NCBI RefSeq assembly: GCF_035948235.1
Contig: NZ_DASZJJ010000089.1
Location: 3,467-67,466, forward strand
DNA length: 64,000 bases
Origin: Paraburkholderia sp.
Lineage (GTDB): Bacteria; Pseudomonadota; Gammaproteobacteria; Burkholderiales; Burkholderiaceae
Reading direction: 5' to 3'
The position numbers and the translations under genes are program-made. Positions 28,172-37,051 of this stretch are shown piece after piece. Below the pieces are notes generated by a model. It did no database searches and was not told the origin of the DNA. It worked only from the letters and a program-made list of their open reading frames with translations. Position 1 is the stretch's first letter. Each line of letters starts with the position of its first letter.

Positions 28172-29359
28172 GTGAATCAACCTTCGTCTGAGGCCGCCAC
28201 GCACGACGGCCCGCTCTTCCTGATGGCGATGCTGGCGCTTGGCACCGTCGCGCCGACAGTGTTCTGGGGACTGCCGGTGATCGTCGGCCAGATCGCGCAG
28301 CAATGGGGTTTTGGTGCGGCGGATCTGGGGATCGCCGTGCTGGGCGAGGTGTTCGGCATGGCGGCGGGCACGCTGCTGATGGCGACCGTGCTCGCGCGCC
28401 GACCTTTGCGCGTGACGCTCGCGGGCACGATTGCGCTCACGGCGCTTGCGAATTTCATCACGCCTTACGCGCATACGTTGCCGCTTTTTATCGTGGCGCG
28501 CGCCGTGGCCGGTATTGGCGCGGGCGCGCTGAGCGGCATCGCCATGAGTTGCCTGTCCTATACGAAGGCGGCGGAGCGCAATATCGGCCTGCTGGTGCTG
28601 CTGCAGGTGTTGTGGAGCATGGCGTTGCTGGGCTATGTGCTGCCGGTCGTGGGCGCAATCGCGCAGGCGTCGGGCACCTATGTGTGTATCGGCGTGCTGG
28701 CGCTGGCGTTCCTTCCCGCCATCACGCTGTTCAGGCGTGGGGAGGCATTCGTTAGCGCCCAGGCGGGCGAGGGCGCGCAGGTCGATCTTCGTGGTGTCGT
28801 GCTGCTGCTGGGGTGTATCTTCGCGCTGTATTTTGGCGTGGGCGTGCTGTGGACGTTCCTCGAACAGATGGGCATGCGCGCGGGCTTGAGCGATGCGCGC
28901 GTCGCCACGACGCTGGTGTACGCCAATCTCGTGAGCCTGGCCGCGTGCGTGGTGATGCCACGCCTCGGACGCGGCAACGGCCTGCGGCGCTGGGCGATCG
29001 TCAATATTGGCGCCTGCGTGGTTTCGGCCGCGGCGCTCACCATGCCGCAAACGCCCGATCGTTTCTCCATCGCCGCCATCGTCTTTATCGTGGCGTGGAC
29101 GGGCGCCGCAACGCTGATCTTCGCAACCATGCCGCGCGTCGATCCCATCGGGCGCTACGCGACGCTGTCGCCGGGCGTGCTGTCGCTGGGCTTTGGCATC
29201 GGTTCGGCGGCGGGGGGCGAGTTGATCGAACTGCTCGACGCGCGCGCCGCCGTCGGTCTGGCGTGTGTGTTCTGCTGCATGTCCCTGCTGCTGTATGTGA
29301 GCCTCGGGCGGGCACGCGAGGCGGCGCAGGAACCGCTATCGCGCGCGAGCCAGAGTTAG
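28172..29359 (+). CDS. MFS transporter
   Basis: The 395-aa product has about 12 hydrophobic segments. The start is GTG after CGGAGACC. Confidence 0.8.
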   Translation: MNQPSSEAATHDGPLFLMAMLALGTVAPTVFWGLPVIVGQIAQQWGFGAADLGIAVLGEVFGMAAGTLLMATVLARRPLRVTLAGTIALTALANFITPYAHTLPLFIVARAVAGIGAGALSGIAMSCLSYTKAAERNIGLLVLLQVLWSMALLGYVLPVVGAIAQASGTYVCIGVLALAFLPAITLFRRGEAFVSAQAGEGAQVDLRGVVLLLGCIFALYFGVGVLWTFLEQMGMRAGLSDARVATTLVYANLVSLAACVVMPRLGRGNGLRRWAIVNIGACVVSAAALTMPQTPDRFSIAAIVFIVAWTGAATLIFATMPRVDPIGRYATLSPGVLSLGFGIGSAAGGELIELLDARAAVGLACVFCCMSLLLYVSLGRAREAAQEPLSRASQS

Positions 29360-29865
29360 GTCGAACGGCTCGCGCGGTCGCCCAGCAGCCAGTCGATCGA
29401 GATGCGGCCCGGCCCCCACGCGGCGATGCCCAGTGCCATTGCAGCCCACGTGATGTGAATCGGCCAGCCGTCCGGCACCGTTAATTCGATGATGCAGGTC
29501 ATCAGGAACAGACCTGCAGCGGCGAAACGCGTGCCGAAGCCGAGCACCAGCAGGACGGGAAATCCCACCTCGCCGCAAGCGGAAAGAAACGCAAAAACGG
29601 CGGGGGCGGGGAAGGGATAAGGACCGCCTGGCAGATGGAGCTGGAATTCGTCGGTAAATAGCGTGATTGCCGTGTCGTTGAGTTGCAGGAAGCCATGCCA
29701 TTTGAGGATGCCCGAGCGCCAGAATGGCACGGCAAGCGCCAGACGCAGCACGAGTTGCACGAGCCACGGCTGCGCCAGTGTTTCGATCGCGCGGCGCGCC
29801 CGCACGATGGCGTTAGTCAGCAAGACCGGGGCGGACGGTTTGAGGTTTTCCTGGGTCGACATCAT
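29356..29865 (-). CDS. DoxX-family membrane protein, last gene of bufferin-type operon
   Basis: 169 aa with 4 TM segments and the DoxX-like block RLALAVPFWRSGILKW. It overlaps the upstream gene by 4 nt (ATGA). Confidence 0.8.
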   Translation of the reverse strand: MMSTQENLKPSAPVLLTNAIVRARRAIETLAQPWLVQLVLRLALAVPFWRSGILKWHGFLQLNDTAITLFTDEFQLHLPGGPYPFPAPAVFAFLSACGEVGFPVLLVLGFGTRFAAAGLFLMTCIIELTVPDGWPIHITWAAMALGIAAWGPGRISIDWLLGDRASRST

Positions 29866-30641
29866 GATGGTGCTCCAGAACGGATGGCAGTGAACACGCC
29901 GGCGGCAATCATCGCCTGCAAATTGATTTGGATATCGAATGATTCGTCATCGCACATCGCCGCTTCAACGGCAGCGCCCAAGGTCGAGCCTTCCATGAGC
30001 GCAAGCAGGAACGCCGCGCCACCAGCGGGCAGTTGCGAGACGATTACGTCCTGGTCGGGACGCGTGACGAGCGCGTCCTGCGCGTCGCTTGCGTGCAGCG
30101 CTTCAACCGGGCCAGCCTTGCGGTTCATGGCGAAAATCGAAACAGCCGGATAGCGCGAGCGCACGATCCGTGTGGCCGGATGAGCGACGAAGCGCAGTTG
30201 CGCGAGCGATCCGGTTTCGACTGCAGCGAACGCCTGCGCGGCCAACGGTGCGGCATCTGCCGCGTGATACGCATCGAGCCAGGCGCGTTCGATTCTGGCT
30301 GTATCGGCGAGCCATGGCATCTCGCGCGCGTATTCGTACGATTCGATAAAGGCTGGAAAACCGGTGCCGTACTCAAAAAGCAGCGGCGAACGCGGCGGCG
30401 TCGCACGCACATGAAAACGCGCCATCGCGCGAAAGAATTCGATGCCCGTGATCCGCTGCACCGCCGGATAGATTGCGGCGAGCGCATCGATCAAGCTGAC
30501 CGTCACGTTGTTGCGATAAACGTTGTAGCGATTGACGACGCCCTTGCCACGCGGTGCGATCACGTCGGCGGGGGCGATATAGGCAGGATCGGTTAATCCT
30601 TGCGCGAAGCCCGTCGCGTAGGCCTGCTGTTCAGGCTTCAT
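29862..30641 (-). CDS. bufC: DUF2063 protein (BufC-like partner of the MNIO enzyme)
   Basis: It has NRYNVYRNNVTVSLIDALAAIYPAVQRITGIEFFRAMARFH, typical of the DUF2063 N-terminal domain. It overlaps the DUF692 gene by 11 nt. Confidence 0.8.
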   Translation of the reverse strand: MKPEQQAYATGFAQGLTDPAYIAPADVIAPRGKGVVNRYNVYRNNVTVSLIDALAAIYPAVQRITGIEFFRAMARFHVRATPPRSPLLFEYGTGFPAFIESYEYAREMPWLADTARIERAWLDAYHAADAAPLAAQAFAAVETGSLAQLRFVAHPATRIVRSRYPAVSIFAMNRKAGPVEALHASDAQDALVTRPDQDVIVSQLPAGGAAFLLALMEGSTLGAAVEAAMCDDESFDIQINLQAMIAAGVFTAIRSGAPS

Positions 30642-31548
30642 GGCAGAGGCCTTCGTTATACGTCGGGATACGCTGCGTCATGATCTGCCGGGCCGCTTCG
30701 GCCTGTGCTCGCAGCACGGGCCATGCGGGCAGATCGCTGTCCCATTCGATCAAGGTCGGCACGGCGCCGATGCGGGAGATGACCTGAGCGTAGAGATCCC
30801 ACACCACGTCGGCCACGGGGCTATCGTGACTGTCGATCAGTAGCGGTTGATGCTCGTCGTCGAGTTGTTCGCTGTGACCGGCCAGATGAATTTCGCCGAC
30901 GTATTCGAGCGGAAATGCGCTCAGGTATTCGTGCGCCGAATAGCCATGATTAATCGCCGAAACAAAGACGTTGTTCACATCGAGCAACAAGCCGCATCCC
31001 GTCTTTTGCGCGACCGCGCGCAGAAAATCGGTTTCGCTCAGGGTCGATGAGGCAAACATCACATACGTCGAAGGATTTTCCAGCAGGATCGGACGGCCGA
31101 TCGCGCTTTGCATCTGGTCGATGTGCGCGCACACGCGATCAAGCGTTTCGCGGTGATAGGGCAGAGGCAACAGGTCGTTGAAGAACGTGCCGCCGTGCGA
31201 GGACCACGCGAGATGTTCCGAAACAAAGGCGGGTTCGTAGCGCGCCACCAGATCACGAAAGCGCGCGAGATGCGTTAAATCCAGTGCGTCCGGCCCGCCA
31301 ATCGACATGCACACGCCATGCAGCGAAACCGGATGGCGCTCGCGAATCGCGGCAAGCGCGCGGTGGGGCGGCCCGCCTGCACCCATATAGTTTTCGGCGT
31401 GGACTTCGAAAAAGCCGTCTGGCAAGCCCTCTTCGATAATCGCGCCCAGATGTTCGTGCTTGAAACTCGTGCCCACCAGCGCGGCGCGAGCGGGACGGCC
31501 AGGCGTTGGCCTCGCCATTGATCGGATGAAATCGTTCATGGCCGTCAC
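30631..31548 (-). CDS. bufB: DUF692 / MNIO (MbnB-like multinuclear non-heme iron oxidase) RiPP-modifying enzyme
   Basis: It has the blocks FFEVHAENYMGAGG, VSLHGVCMSIGG, SEHLAWSSHGG, NDLLPLPY and ILLENPSTY, characteristic of the UPF0276/DUF692 TIM-barrel family. Confidence 0.85.
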   Translation of the reverse strand: MTAMNDFIRSMARPTPGRPARAALVGTSFKHEHLGAIIEEGLPDGFFEVHAENYMGAGGPPHRALAAIRERHPVSLHGVCMSIGGPDALDLTHLARFRDLVARYEPAFVSEHLAWSSHGGTFFNDLLPLPYHRETLDRVCAHIDQMQSAIGRPILLENPSTYVMFASSTLSETDFLRAVAQKTGCGLLLDVNNVFVSAINHGYSAHEYLSAFPLEYVGEIHLAGHSEQLDDEHQPLLIDSHDSPVADVVWDLYAQVISRIGAVPTLIEWDSDLPAWPVLRAQAEAARQIMTQRIPTYNEGLCHEA

Positions 31549-31581
31549 GCTCCTCGCTGGGTGATGGAAGAACGCGAGCGA

Positions 31582-31893
31582 TCAGGACTTCATCGGCGTG
31601 AGCGAGCCGTGGCCGCCGCCCGGCACCTGGATGCTCGTGCAGGTGCCACCCTGAACGAACTTCCACGAATTGCCCTGGAAGTCCATCGCCGAGGTGCCCT
31701 GGCAGGTCGTGCCAGGACCGGCTGCGCAGTCGTTTTGCCCCTTGAGCGCGACGCCGTAGCACTTTTCCTTATGCGCGGCCATGGCGGCGCTGGCTTCGGC
31801 CTGGGTGAGCGGCGCGGCGTGAACGGTCGAAGCGAGCAGGCTTGCGACGGCGCCAGCGAGCAGCGCGGCATTGACGTTGAGCTTTGCGGACAT
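31582..31893 (-). CDS. bufA: DUF2282 exported Cys-containing peptide, bufferin (BufA1-like) RiPP precursor
   Basis: 103 aa from ATG 31893 (CCGGAGAACACTC RBS), with a Sec signal peptide ending TVHA/AP. It has the [19 protein letters not shown] hallmark and four Cys in total, and sits 33 nt upstream of the DUF692 gene. Confidence 0.8.
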   Translation of the reverse strand: MSAKLNVNAALLAGAVASLLASTVHAAPLTQAEASAAMAAHKEKCYGVALKGQNDCAAGPGTTCQGTSAMDFQGNSWKFVQGGTCTSIQVPGGGHGSLTPMKS

Positions 31894-31980
31894 GAGTGTT
31901 CTCCGGTGGTAGAAGTAGAGGGTATCCGTCGTGGATACAACAGCTAATTCGCGCAGGCTGCGCCACCGGTTACAGCGAAG

Positions 31981-32016
31981 AAAAAACTTTTTTGGGGGGC
32001 CTCCTGGCGCACCCCC
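31981..32016 (-). terminator. Putative terminator of porin gene
   Basis: A GGGGG..GCC-AGGA-GGC-CCCCC hairpin is followed on the minus strand by A6GT6. Confidence 0.45.
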
Positions 32017-32030
32017 ACAAGACAATGCGC

Positions 32031-33182
32031 TCAGAACTTGTGCCGCAGACCGATCCGGCCGACGAACTGTTGCTGCGTGGACGAGCTGTCGTCGGCGCCG
32101 CCCGCATAGGCCAGGTCCAGCGCGGTGCCGCTGTTCGCGCTGATCGCGCGTTGATAGCTCGCCATTGCGTAAACGTCGGTGCGTTTGGTGAGGTTGTAAT
32201 CGAGCATCAAGCCAAACGTGTGATATTTGGGCCGATACGAGCCCGCCGATGTATCGAGCTTTGCCTGCGTATAGTCGTACATCGCGCCGAACATCAGCGC
32301 GGTGGTGATCGCCCAGTTCGCGTTGAGTTCGAAATTATCGAACGTCAGCGACGAGGCATGCTGACCGCCCGGCACAATCGCGCCGCTGATATACGAATAG
32401 GCGGTGGGATCGCTGAGATTCGTATGCGTGTACACGAAGCCAAGCGTGACCGCGTCCACCTGATAGTTGACGCCCGCGCCATAAACCCGATGGCGTGAGG
32501 CCACGAAACCCGCATCGTCGCTGGTCACCGCGCCCAGTGCGTTGGCGCCGGGATTCGTCACGTTGAGCCACGCAGCGCCGAACGTCAGCCCGTTGACCGC
32601 GTAACTGACGCCAAAGCTCTGCGCATTGTTGGTCGAAATCTGGCCGGGCAGATTGGAGAACGCATACGTGGCGCCCACGCGCAATCCGCCGAAATTCACG
32701 CTATTGAACTGCACGGCGTTGTCGAGGCGGAATGAGTTGTCGGTGTTGTCGTTGTCGTAGGGATGCTCGAACAGGAAGCCGCCCCAGTTGCCGTTGGCCG
32801 TGAGCGGCGCGAGATATTCGACCAGCGAATCGTACTGGCGTCCGAACGTGAGCGTGCCCACATCGTCGTGCGCGATCCCCACCCACGCCTGGCGGCCGAA
32901 CATGCGGCTACCTTCCATAAGCCGTCCGGAACTGGCGTCGATGCCGCTTTCAAGCTGGAACACCGCGGACAGTTTGCCGCCCAGCGCTTGCGTGCCTCTA
33001 AGTCCCCAGCGGCTGCCCTGAGCGGCGCCGCTCAGCATCTCCGTGACGGCGTGGCCGCGCACGTTGCTGGTGTAGTCGATCCCCTCATCGACCAGCCCGA
33101 ACAGGGTGACCGAACTCTGGGCCCACGCGGGCGCGAGCGCCATTCCCGTGAGCACGCCCACGAACAGTTGTGTCTTTTTCAA
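32031..33182 (-). CDS. OmpC-family general porin
   Basis: It has the signal peptide [21 protein letters not shown] and the N-terminus [13 protein letters not shown]. The beta-strand pattern alternates and the protein ends in F (..RIGLRHKF). Confidence 0.9.
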   Translation of the reverse strand: MKKTQLFVGVLTGMALAPAWAQSSVTLFGLVDEGIDYTSNVRGHAVTEMLSGAAQGSRWGLRGTQALGGKLSAVFQLESGIDASSGRLMEGSRMFGRQAWVGIAHDDVGTLTFGRQYDSLVEYLAPLTANGNWGGFLFEHPYDNDNTDNSFRLDNAVQFNSVNFGGLRVGATYAFSNLPGQISTNNAQSFGVSYAVNGLTFGAAWLNVTNPGANALGAVTSDDAGFVASRHRVYGAGVNYQVDAVTLGFVYTHTNLSDPTAYSYISGAIVPGGQHASSLTFDNFELNANWAITTALMFGAMYDYTQAKLDTSAGSYRPKYHTFGLMLDYNLTKRTDVYAMASYQRAISANSGTALDLAYAGGADDSSSTQQQFVGRIGLRHKF

Positions 33183-33244
33183 TGGATGTCTCGAATATTG
33201 TTATCGATCGTCGTTGCGCACGGCATGGGCCGTGCGCTGCGGTA

Positions 33245-34039
33245 TTACTTCGCGGCTGGCACGTCGCCCAGATAGTGCTTTTCCAGCCGGTCGATTGTGC
33301 CGTCCTGCTTGAGGCGCGTAAGCGCGGCATTGAGCGCTTCAAGCGTGTGGCCATCGCTCTTGCGCACGCCGATCACGCTGCTCGCGCCCAGAATCGAGGG
33401 ATCGTCGATACGCGGCCCCGCAAGCTCGAAGCTTGCGCCTTGCGGCTTCGAGAGAAAGCCCAGCCGCGCTGCCGAACCGAGCACCACGGTCGCATCGAGC
33501 CGCCCATTGACGAGGTCTGTGTAGATGCTGTCCTGATCCTGGTACTCCTGAATGGTTACGCCATGCGACGCCCAGTTGGACTTCGCGAAAGCCGCCTGCG
33601 TGGAGCCTTGCAATACACCCACGCGCTTGCCTGCCAGCACCTTCGTGTCGGGCGTGAGATGGCTGCCACGCGCGGCCACCAGGCGAATATCGGCGGGATA
33701 GACGGGCTGCGTGAAATCCATCACGGCGCGTCGTGCGACGGTCGGCGCAAGCGACGCATTGATTGCGTCGAACTTGCGCGCCTGCAGACCCGCGATCAGC
33801 CCGTCGAAACTGCTTTCAACCCATACGCAGGTCACCTTGGCGGCTGCGCAGATCGCATTGCCGATGTCGATATCGAGGCCCGCGAGTTTGCCGTCGGGCA
33901 GCTTGTATTCGTAGGGCGGATAGCTCGGATCGGTGCCAAAGCGCAGCGTGGCAGCGGTTGCGTTGGCGCAGACCGCGGCCGTCGCCGCACAGAGCAGGGC
34001 CGTGGCGATGCGGCGCGAAACCGGTTTGAAGTGTTTCAT
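33245..34039 (-). CDS. Periplasmic basic amino acid ABC substrate-binding protein (HisJ/ArgT-like)
   Basis: It has a signal peptide followed by LRFGTDPSYPPYEYKLPDGKLAGLDIDIGNAIC, typical of the family 3 SBP fold. Confidence 0.85.
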   Translation of the reverse strand: MKHFKPVSRRIATALLCAATAAVCANATAATLRFGTDPSYPPYEYKLPDGKLAGLDIDIGNAICAAAKVTCVWVESSFDGLIAGLQARKFDAINASLAPTVARRAVMDFTQPVYPADIRLVAARGSHLTPDTKVLAGKRVGVLQGSTQAAFAKSNWASHGVTIQEYQDQDSIYTDLVNGRLDATVVLGSAARLGFLSKPQGASFELAGPRIDDPSILGASSVIGVRKSDGHTLEALNAALTRLKQDGTIDRLEKHYLGDVPAAK

Positions 34040-34068
34040 CGAAGAAGTCCTTTAGCGTGTTCGAATGG

Positions 34069-35241
34069 TCAGAGCGCGAGCCGTGCGTGGGCGAGCGAGA
34101 CGAAAAAGCGCACGCCCAGTGGCAGCACGTCATCGTTGAAATCGAACTCGGGGTGGTGGCAGTAGACGCCGCCTTGCCCAAGCAGCGCGTAGGCGCCGGG
34201 GCGGCGCAGCAGGAATTCGGAGAAATCTTCGGAGCCGTTGAGCGGCGGGAAATCGCGTAGCACGTTATCCGCGCCGAAAATATCCGTGGCCACGCGCGCC
34301 GCCGCTTCGGCCTGCTCGCGATGGTTGATCGTCGCGGGCGAGCTGTTGCGAAACTCGACGTTGATCGAGCAGGTGCTGAGCGTCGCAATACCCTTGCAGA
34401 TTTCGACGATGCGAGACCTGGCAAGCGCGCGCACGTTCTCGTCGAAGGCGCGCAGCGTGCCGGTCAATTCGGCGTGCGAAGGGATCACGTTCGGCGCGCT
34501 GCCCGCGTGCACGCTGCCCATGCTTAGCACGGCGGTCGCGCTCGGCTCGATCGAGCGGCTGACCACGGTCTGCAGGGCGCAGATCAACTGAGCGGCGGCC
34601 ATCACGGGGTCGCGTGTCTTTTCCGGTGCGGAACCGTGACCGCCGACGCCGTCAATGCGGATCACCACTTCATCGCACGAGGCCAGCATAGCGCCGTCGA
34701 GCACGCCGAACGAACCGGGCGGGAAATGCGGGGCGTTGTGCAGCGCGAAGATTTCCTCATACCCAAAGCGCGTTTCCAGGCCGTCGGCCAGCATGGCGTT
34801 GGCGCCGCCGCCGGTTTCCTCGGCGGGCTGGAACACCAGCACCACGGTGCCCGCGAAATCGCGGTGGCGGCTGAAATGACGCGCCGCGCCCAGCAGCATC
34901 GCCGTATGGCCGTCGTGGCCGCAGCCATGAAACACGCCCAGGCGCTGCGAACGGTGCAGCGGGCGGCCTTCTTCTTCCATCGGCAGGGCGTCCATGTCGG
35001 CGCGCAGGGCGATCACGCGGCCGTTACCGCGCTGCCCATGCACGACGCCCACCACGCCGGTGCCGCCGATGCCGGTATGAGTTTCGATGTCCCACGCGCG
35101 CAGCTTCGCGGCGACGAGTTCGCTCGTGCGATGCTCGTCGAACGCCACCTCCGGGTTGGCGTGAATATCGCGCCGCAACGCGACCAGTTCGTCGATGTCG
35201 ATATCGAGCGTGTCCGGGGCCAAGCTTGCTTCTGGTGCCAC
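34069..35241 (-). CDS. M20-family amidohydrolase (hippurate hydrolase/aminoacylase-like)
   Basis: It has LRRDIHANPEVAFDEHRTS and HGCGHDGHTAMLLGAA motifs. GTG at 35241 sits behind AAGGAGGCGACA and is preferred to the longer ORF. Confidence 0.85.
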   Translation of the reverse strand: MAPEASLAPDTLDIDIDELVALRRDIHANPEVAFDEHRTSELVAAKLRAWDIETHTGIGGTGVVGVVHGQRGNGRVIALRADMDALPMEEEGRPLHRSQRLGVFHGCGHDGHTAMLLGAARHFSRHRDFAGTVVLVFQPAEETGGGANAMLADGLETRFGYEEIFALHNAPHFPPGSFGVLDGAMLASCDEVVIRIDGVGGHGSAPEKTRDPVMAAAQLICALQTVVSRSIEPSATAVLSMGSVHAGSAPNVIPSHAELTGTLRAFDENVRALARSRIVEICKGIATLSTCSINVEFRNSSPATINHREQAEAAARVATDIFGADNVLRDFPPLNGSEDFSEFLLRRPGAYALLGQGGVYCHHPEFDFNDDVLPLGVRFFVSLAHARLAL

Positions 35242-35342
35242 TGTCGCCTCCTTGTATACTTCCGGCCTTCGGTTGTGCCGGAGAACGCATACTAGGGGCG
35301 GCGCGTCTGGCGCCAATTTCCAATTTCTCATGCATATAGCGA

Positions 35343-36251
35343 ATGCTTATGGAACGCGGCACGCTCAAGACGACGCAGTTGCAGATGCTGGTGGCCATCG
35401 CCGAGCACGGCACGCTCATGGCGGCGGCCCACGCGCTGAACGTGTCCCAGCCCGCGGTCACGAAGAGCATCAAGGAACTGGAGGCGCGGCTGGGCGTGCA
35501 ACTGCTGGAGCGCAGCGGCGCGGGCGTGCGCCTCACGCGCTACGGCGAAACGCTGCTGCGGCGCGCCCGCGCCGTCGTGGCGGAAATCGCCAGCGCGGAA
35601 CGCGAGCTGGAGGAAATGCGCTCGGGCGCGCAACGTACCTTGTCGATCGGCGTGTCGCTACTGGCGTCGTCGTTTGCGATGCCCGAGGCGCTGCGGGCGT
35701 TTCGGGCCCGCTTGCCCGATGTGCGGCTCAACGTTTATGAATGCCTGCCGACGCAGATCATCGACGGTTTGCGCGACGGTTCGTTCGACGTCTGCGTGGC
35801 ATTTGTGGCCAGCAGCGATGTGACGGCGGAATATCGCGTGCTCGCGCTCAGCGAGACCGCGCAGGTGCTGGCCGTGCGAGCGGGCGATCCGCTCGCGAAG
35901 GAGACGCGGCTGGAAAAGCTGAGCCGCGTGCGCTGGCTATACAACCACACGCGCGAAAGCCTGCCGGCATACTGGCGAGAACTGGGCGGCGAGCGGGTGC
36001 TGCCGATGCCTGCGCACGTCAATGTCTGCACGTCGCAACGGCTCTATGCGCAGCTTGCGCAGGAAGCGGACACCGTGAGCGTGTGGCCGGCATTCCTGCT
36101 GGATGAACAGATCAGGCTTGGCGTATTGCAGAAGCTGGAGACCGATGCCTGCGAACCGCGATTGACGCTGGGCCTGATGCATCGGCGCGATCTGGTTCTG
36201 ACTGCGGCGCTGGAATATTTTGTCGAGTGTGTGCAGCGTACGCAGACGTGA
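35343..36251 (+). CDS. LysR-family transcriptional regulator
   Basis: The HTH is LQMLVAIAEHGTLMAAAHALNVSQPAVTKSIKELEARLGVQLLERS. It is divergent from the M20/SBP/porin genes. Confidence 0.9.
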   Translation: MLMERGTLKTTQLQMLVAIAEHGTLMAAAHALNVSQPAVTKSIKELEARLGVQLLERSGAGVRLTRYGETLLRRARAVVAEIASAERELEEMRSGAQRTLSIGVSLLASSFAMPEALRAFRARLPDVRLNVYECLPTQIIDGLRDGSFDVCVAFVASSDVTAEYRVLALSETAQVLAVRAGDPLAKETRLEKLSRVRWLYNHTRESLPAYWRELGGERVLPMPAHVNVCTSQRLYAQLAQEADTVSVWPAFLLDEQIRLGVLQKLETDACEPRLTLGLMHRRDLVLTAALEYFVECVQRTQT

Positions 36252-36393
36252 GATTGGCAAATGTTCAATAGGACTTGTGTCGTTGAAACGGCTGCATTAT
36301 TCTGTTGAGCATGCACCGATCCCTTATCAACTCGATTATTCACGCCGCACACAGGCCGGCGGGATAGCTATTGAGTTGACAATATGCAATCAC

Positions 36394-36420
36394 AACCCGC
36401 CCAGAAGGCGGGTTTTTTGC
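36394..36420 (+). terminator. Rho-independent terminator 143 nt downstream of the LysR stop
   Basis: AACCCGCC-CAGAA-GGCGGGTT followed by TTTTGC (T6 including the stem end). Confidence 0.8.
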
Positions 36421-36449
36421 TTTCTGGGCACGCTCCGGAGCGCCTGAAA

Positions 36450-36992
36450 ATGATGAGTGAAACGCAAGAAGTAGCAGAGTGGGGTGACGGTACCGTTTTG
36501 CATATGGTTTGCGGCAAGATTGCATCGGGCAAGTCCATGCTGACCACACGACTGGCCGATAATCGCCGCTCAGTTCTGATCTGCGAAGACCTATGGATTT
36601 CACGTCTTTATCCCGGCGAAATTCAAACGTTGGCGGATTACGTGCGCTGCGCGGCACGCATGAAGTCGGTTCTCACGGAACACATTCAGTCGCTTCTTGC
36701 AGCAGGGCTATCCGTGGTGCTGGATTTCCCATTCAATACAACTGGCACGCGCGCATGGGGACATTCATTGTCCAGCAGCGTCGGCTGCGAGCACCGGCTT
36801 CACTATCTGGACGTGAGCGACGAGATCTGCAAGTCGCGCCTGCGCGCAAGAAATGCATCGGGTGAGCACCCGTTCCAGACATCCGAAGCTCAGTTCGATC
36901 AGATCACCGGCTATTTCGTGCCGCCTGCAACTGGCGAAGGATTGAAGATCGTCGTGTACGACGAGGCGGGAAATATCCGCAGCGATCGGTAA
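36450..36992 (+). CDS. P-loop NTPase/kinase (AAA_33 / zeta-toxin-like fold), unknown substrate
   Basis: It has the Walker A motif VCGKIASGKSM and a Walker B-like VVLDFPF. The 180-aa gene sits in a visibly lower-GC stretch bracketed by terminators. Confidence 0.7.
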   Translation: MMSETQEVAEWGDGTVLHMVCGKIASGKSMLTTRLADNRRSVLICEDLWISRLYPGEIQTLADYVRCAARMKSVLTEHIQSLLAAGLSVVLDFPFNTTGTRAWGHSLSSSVGCEHRLHYLDVSDEICKSRLRARNASGEHPFQTSEAQFDQITGYFVPPATGEGLKIVVYDEAGNIRSDR

Positions 36993-37024
36993 ATAAAAAA
37001 AGCCGCGCATCGCCGATGCGCGGC
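36993..37024 (-). terminator. Rho-independent terminator of porin gene (hairpin shared with the + strand gene)
   Basis: On the minus strand it reads GCCGCGCAT-CGGCG-ATGCGCGGC followed by TTTTTTTA. Confidence 0.85.
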
Positions 37025-37051
37025 CCTTCAACCCGGATTGCAGCTTAGCGA

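Noticed and set aside
26363-29050. 895-aa minus-strand ORF, the longest in the track
   Set aside because: It is antisense to two well-supported plus-strand genes (amidohydrolase and MFS). Its composition is dominated by Arg/Ala/His/Gln, which is typical of off-frame reading of high-GC DNA. It has no recognisable motif or RBS.
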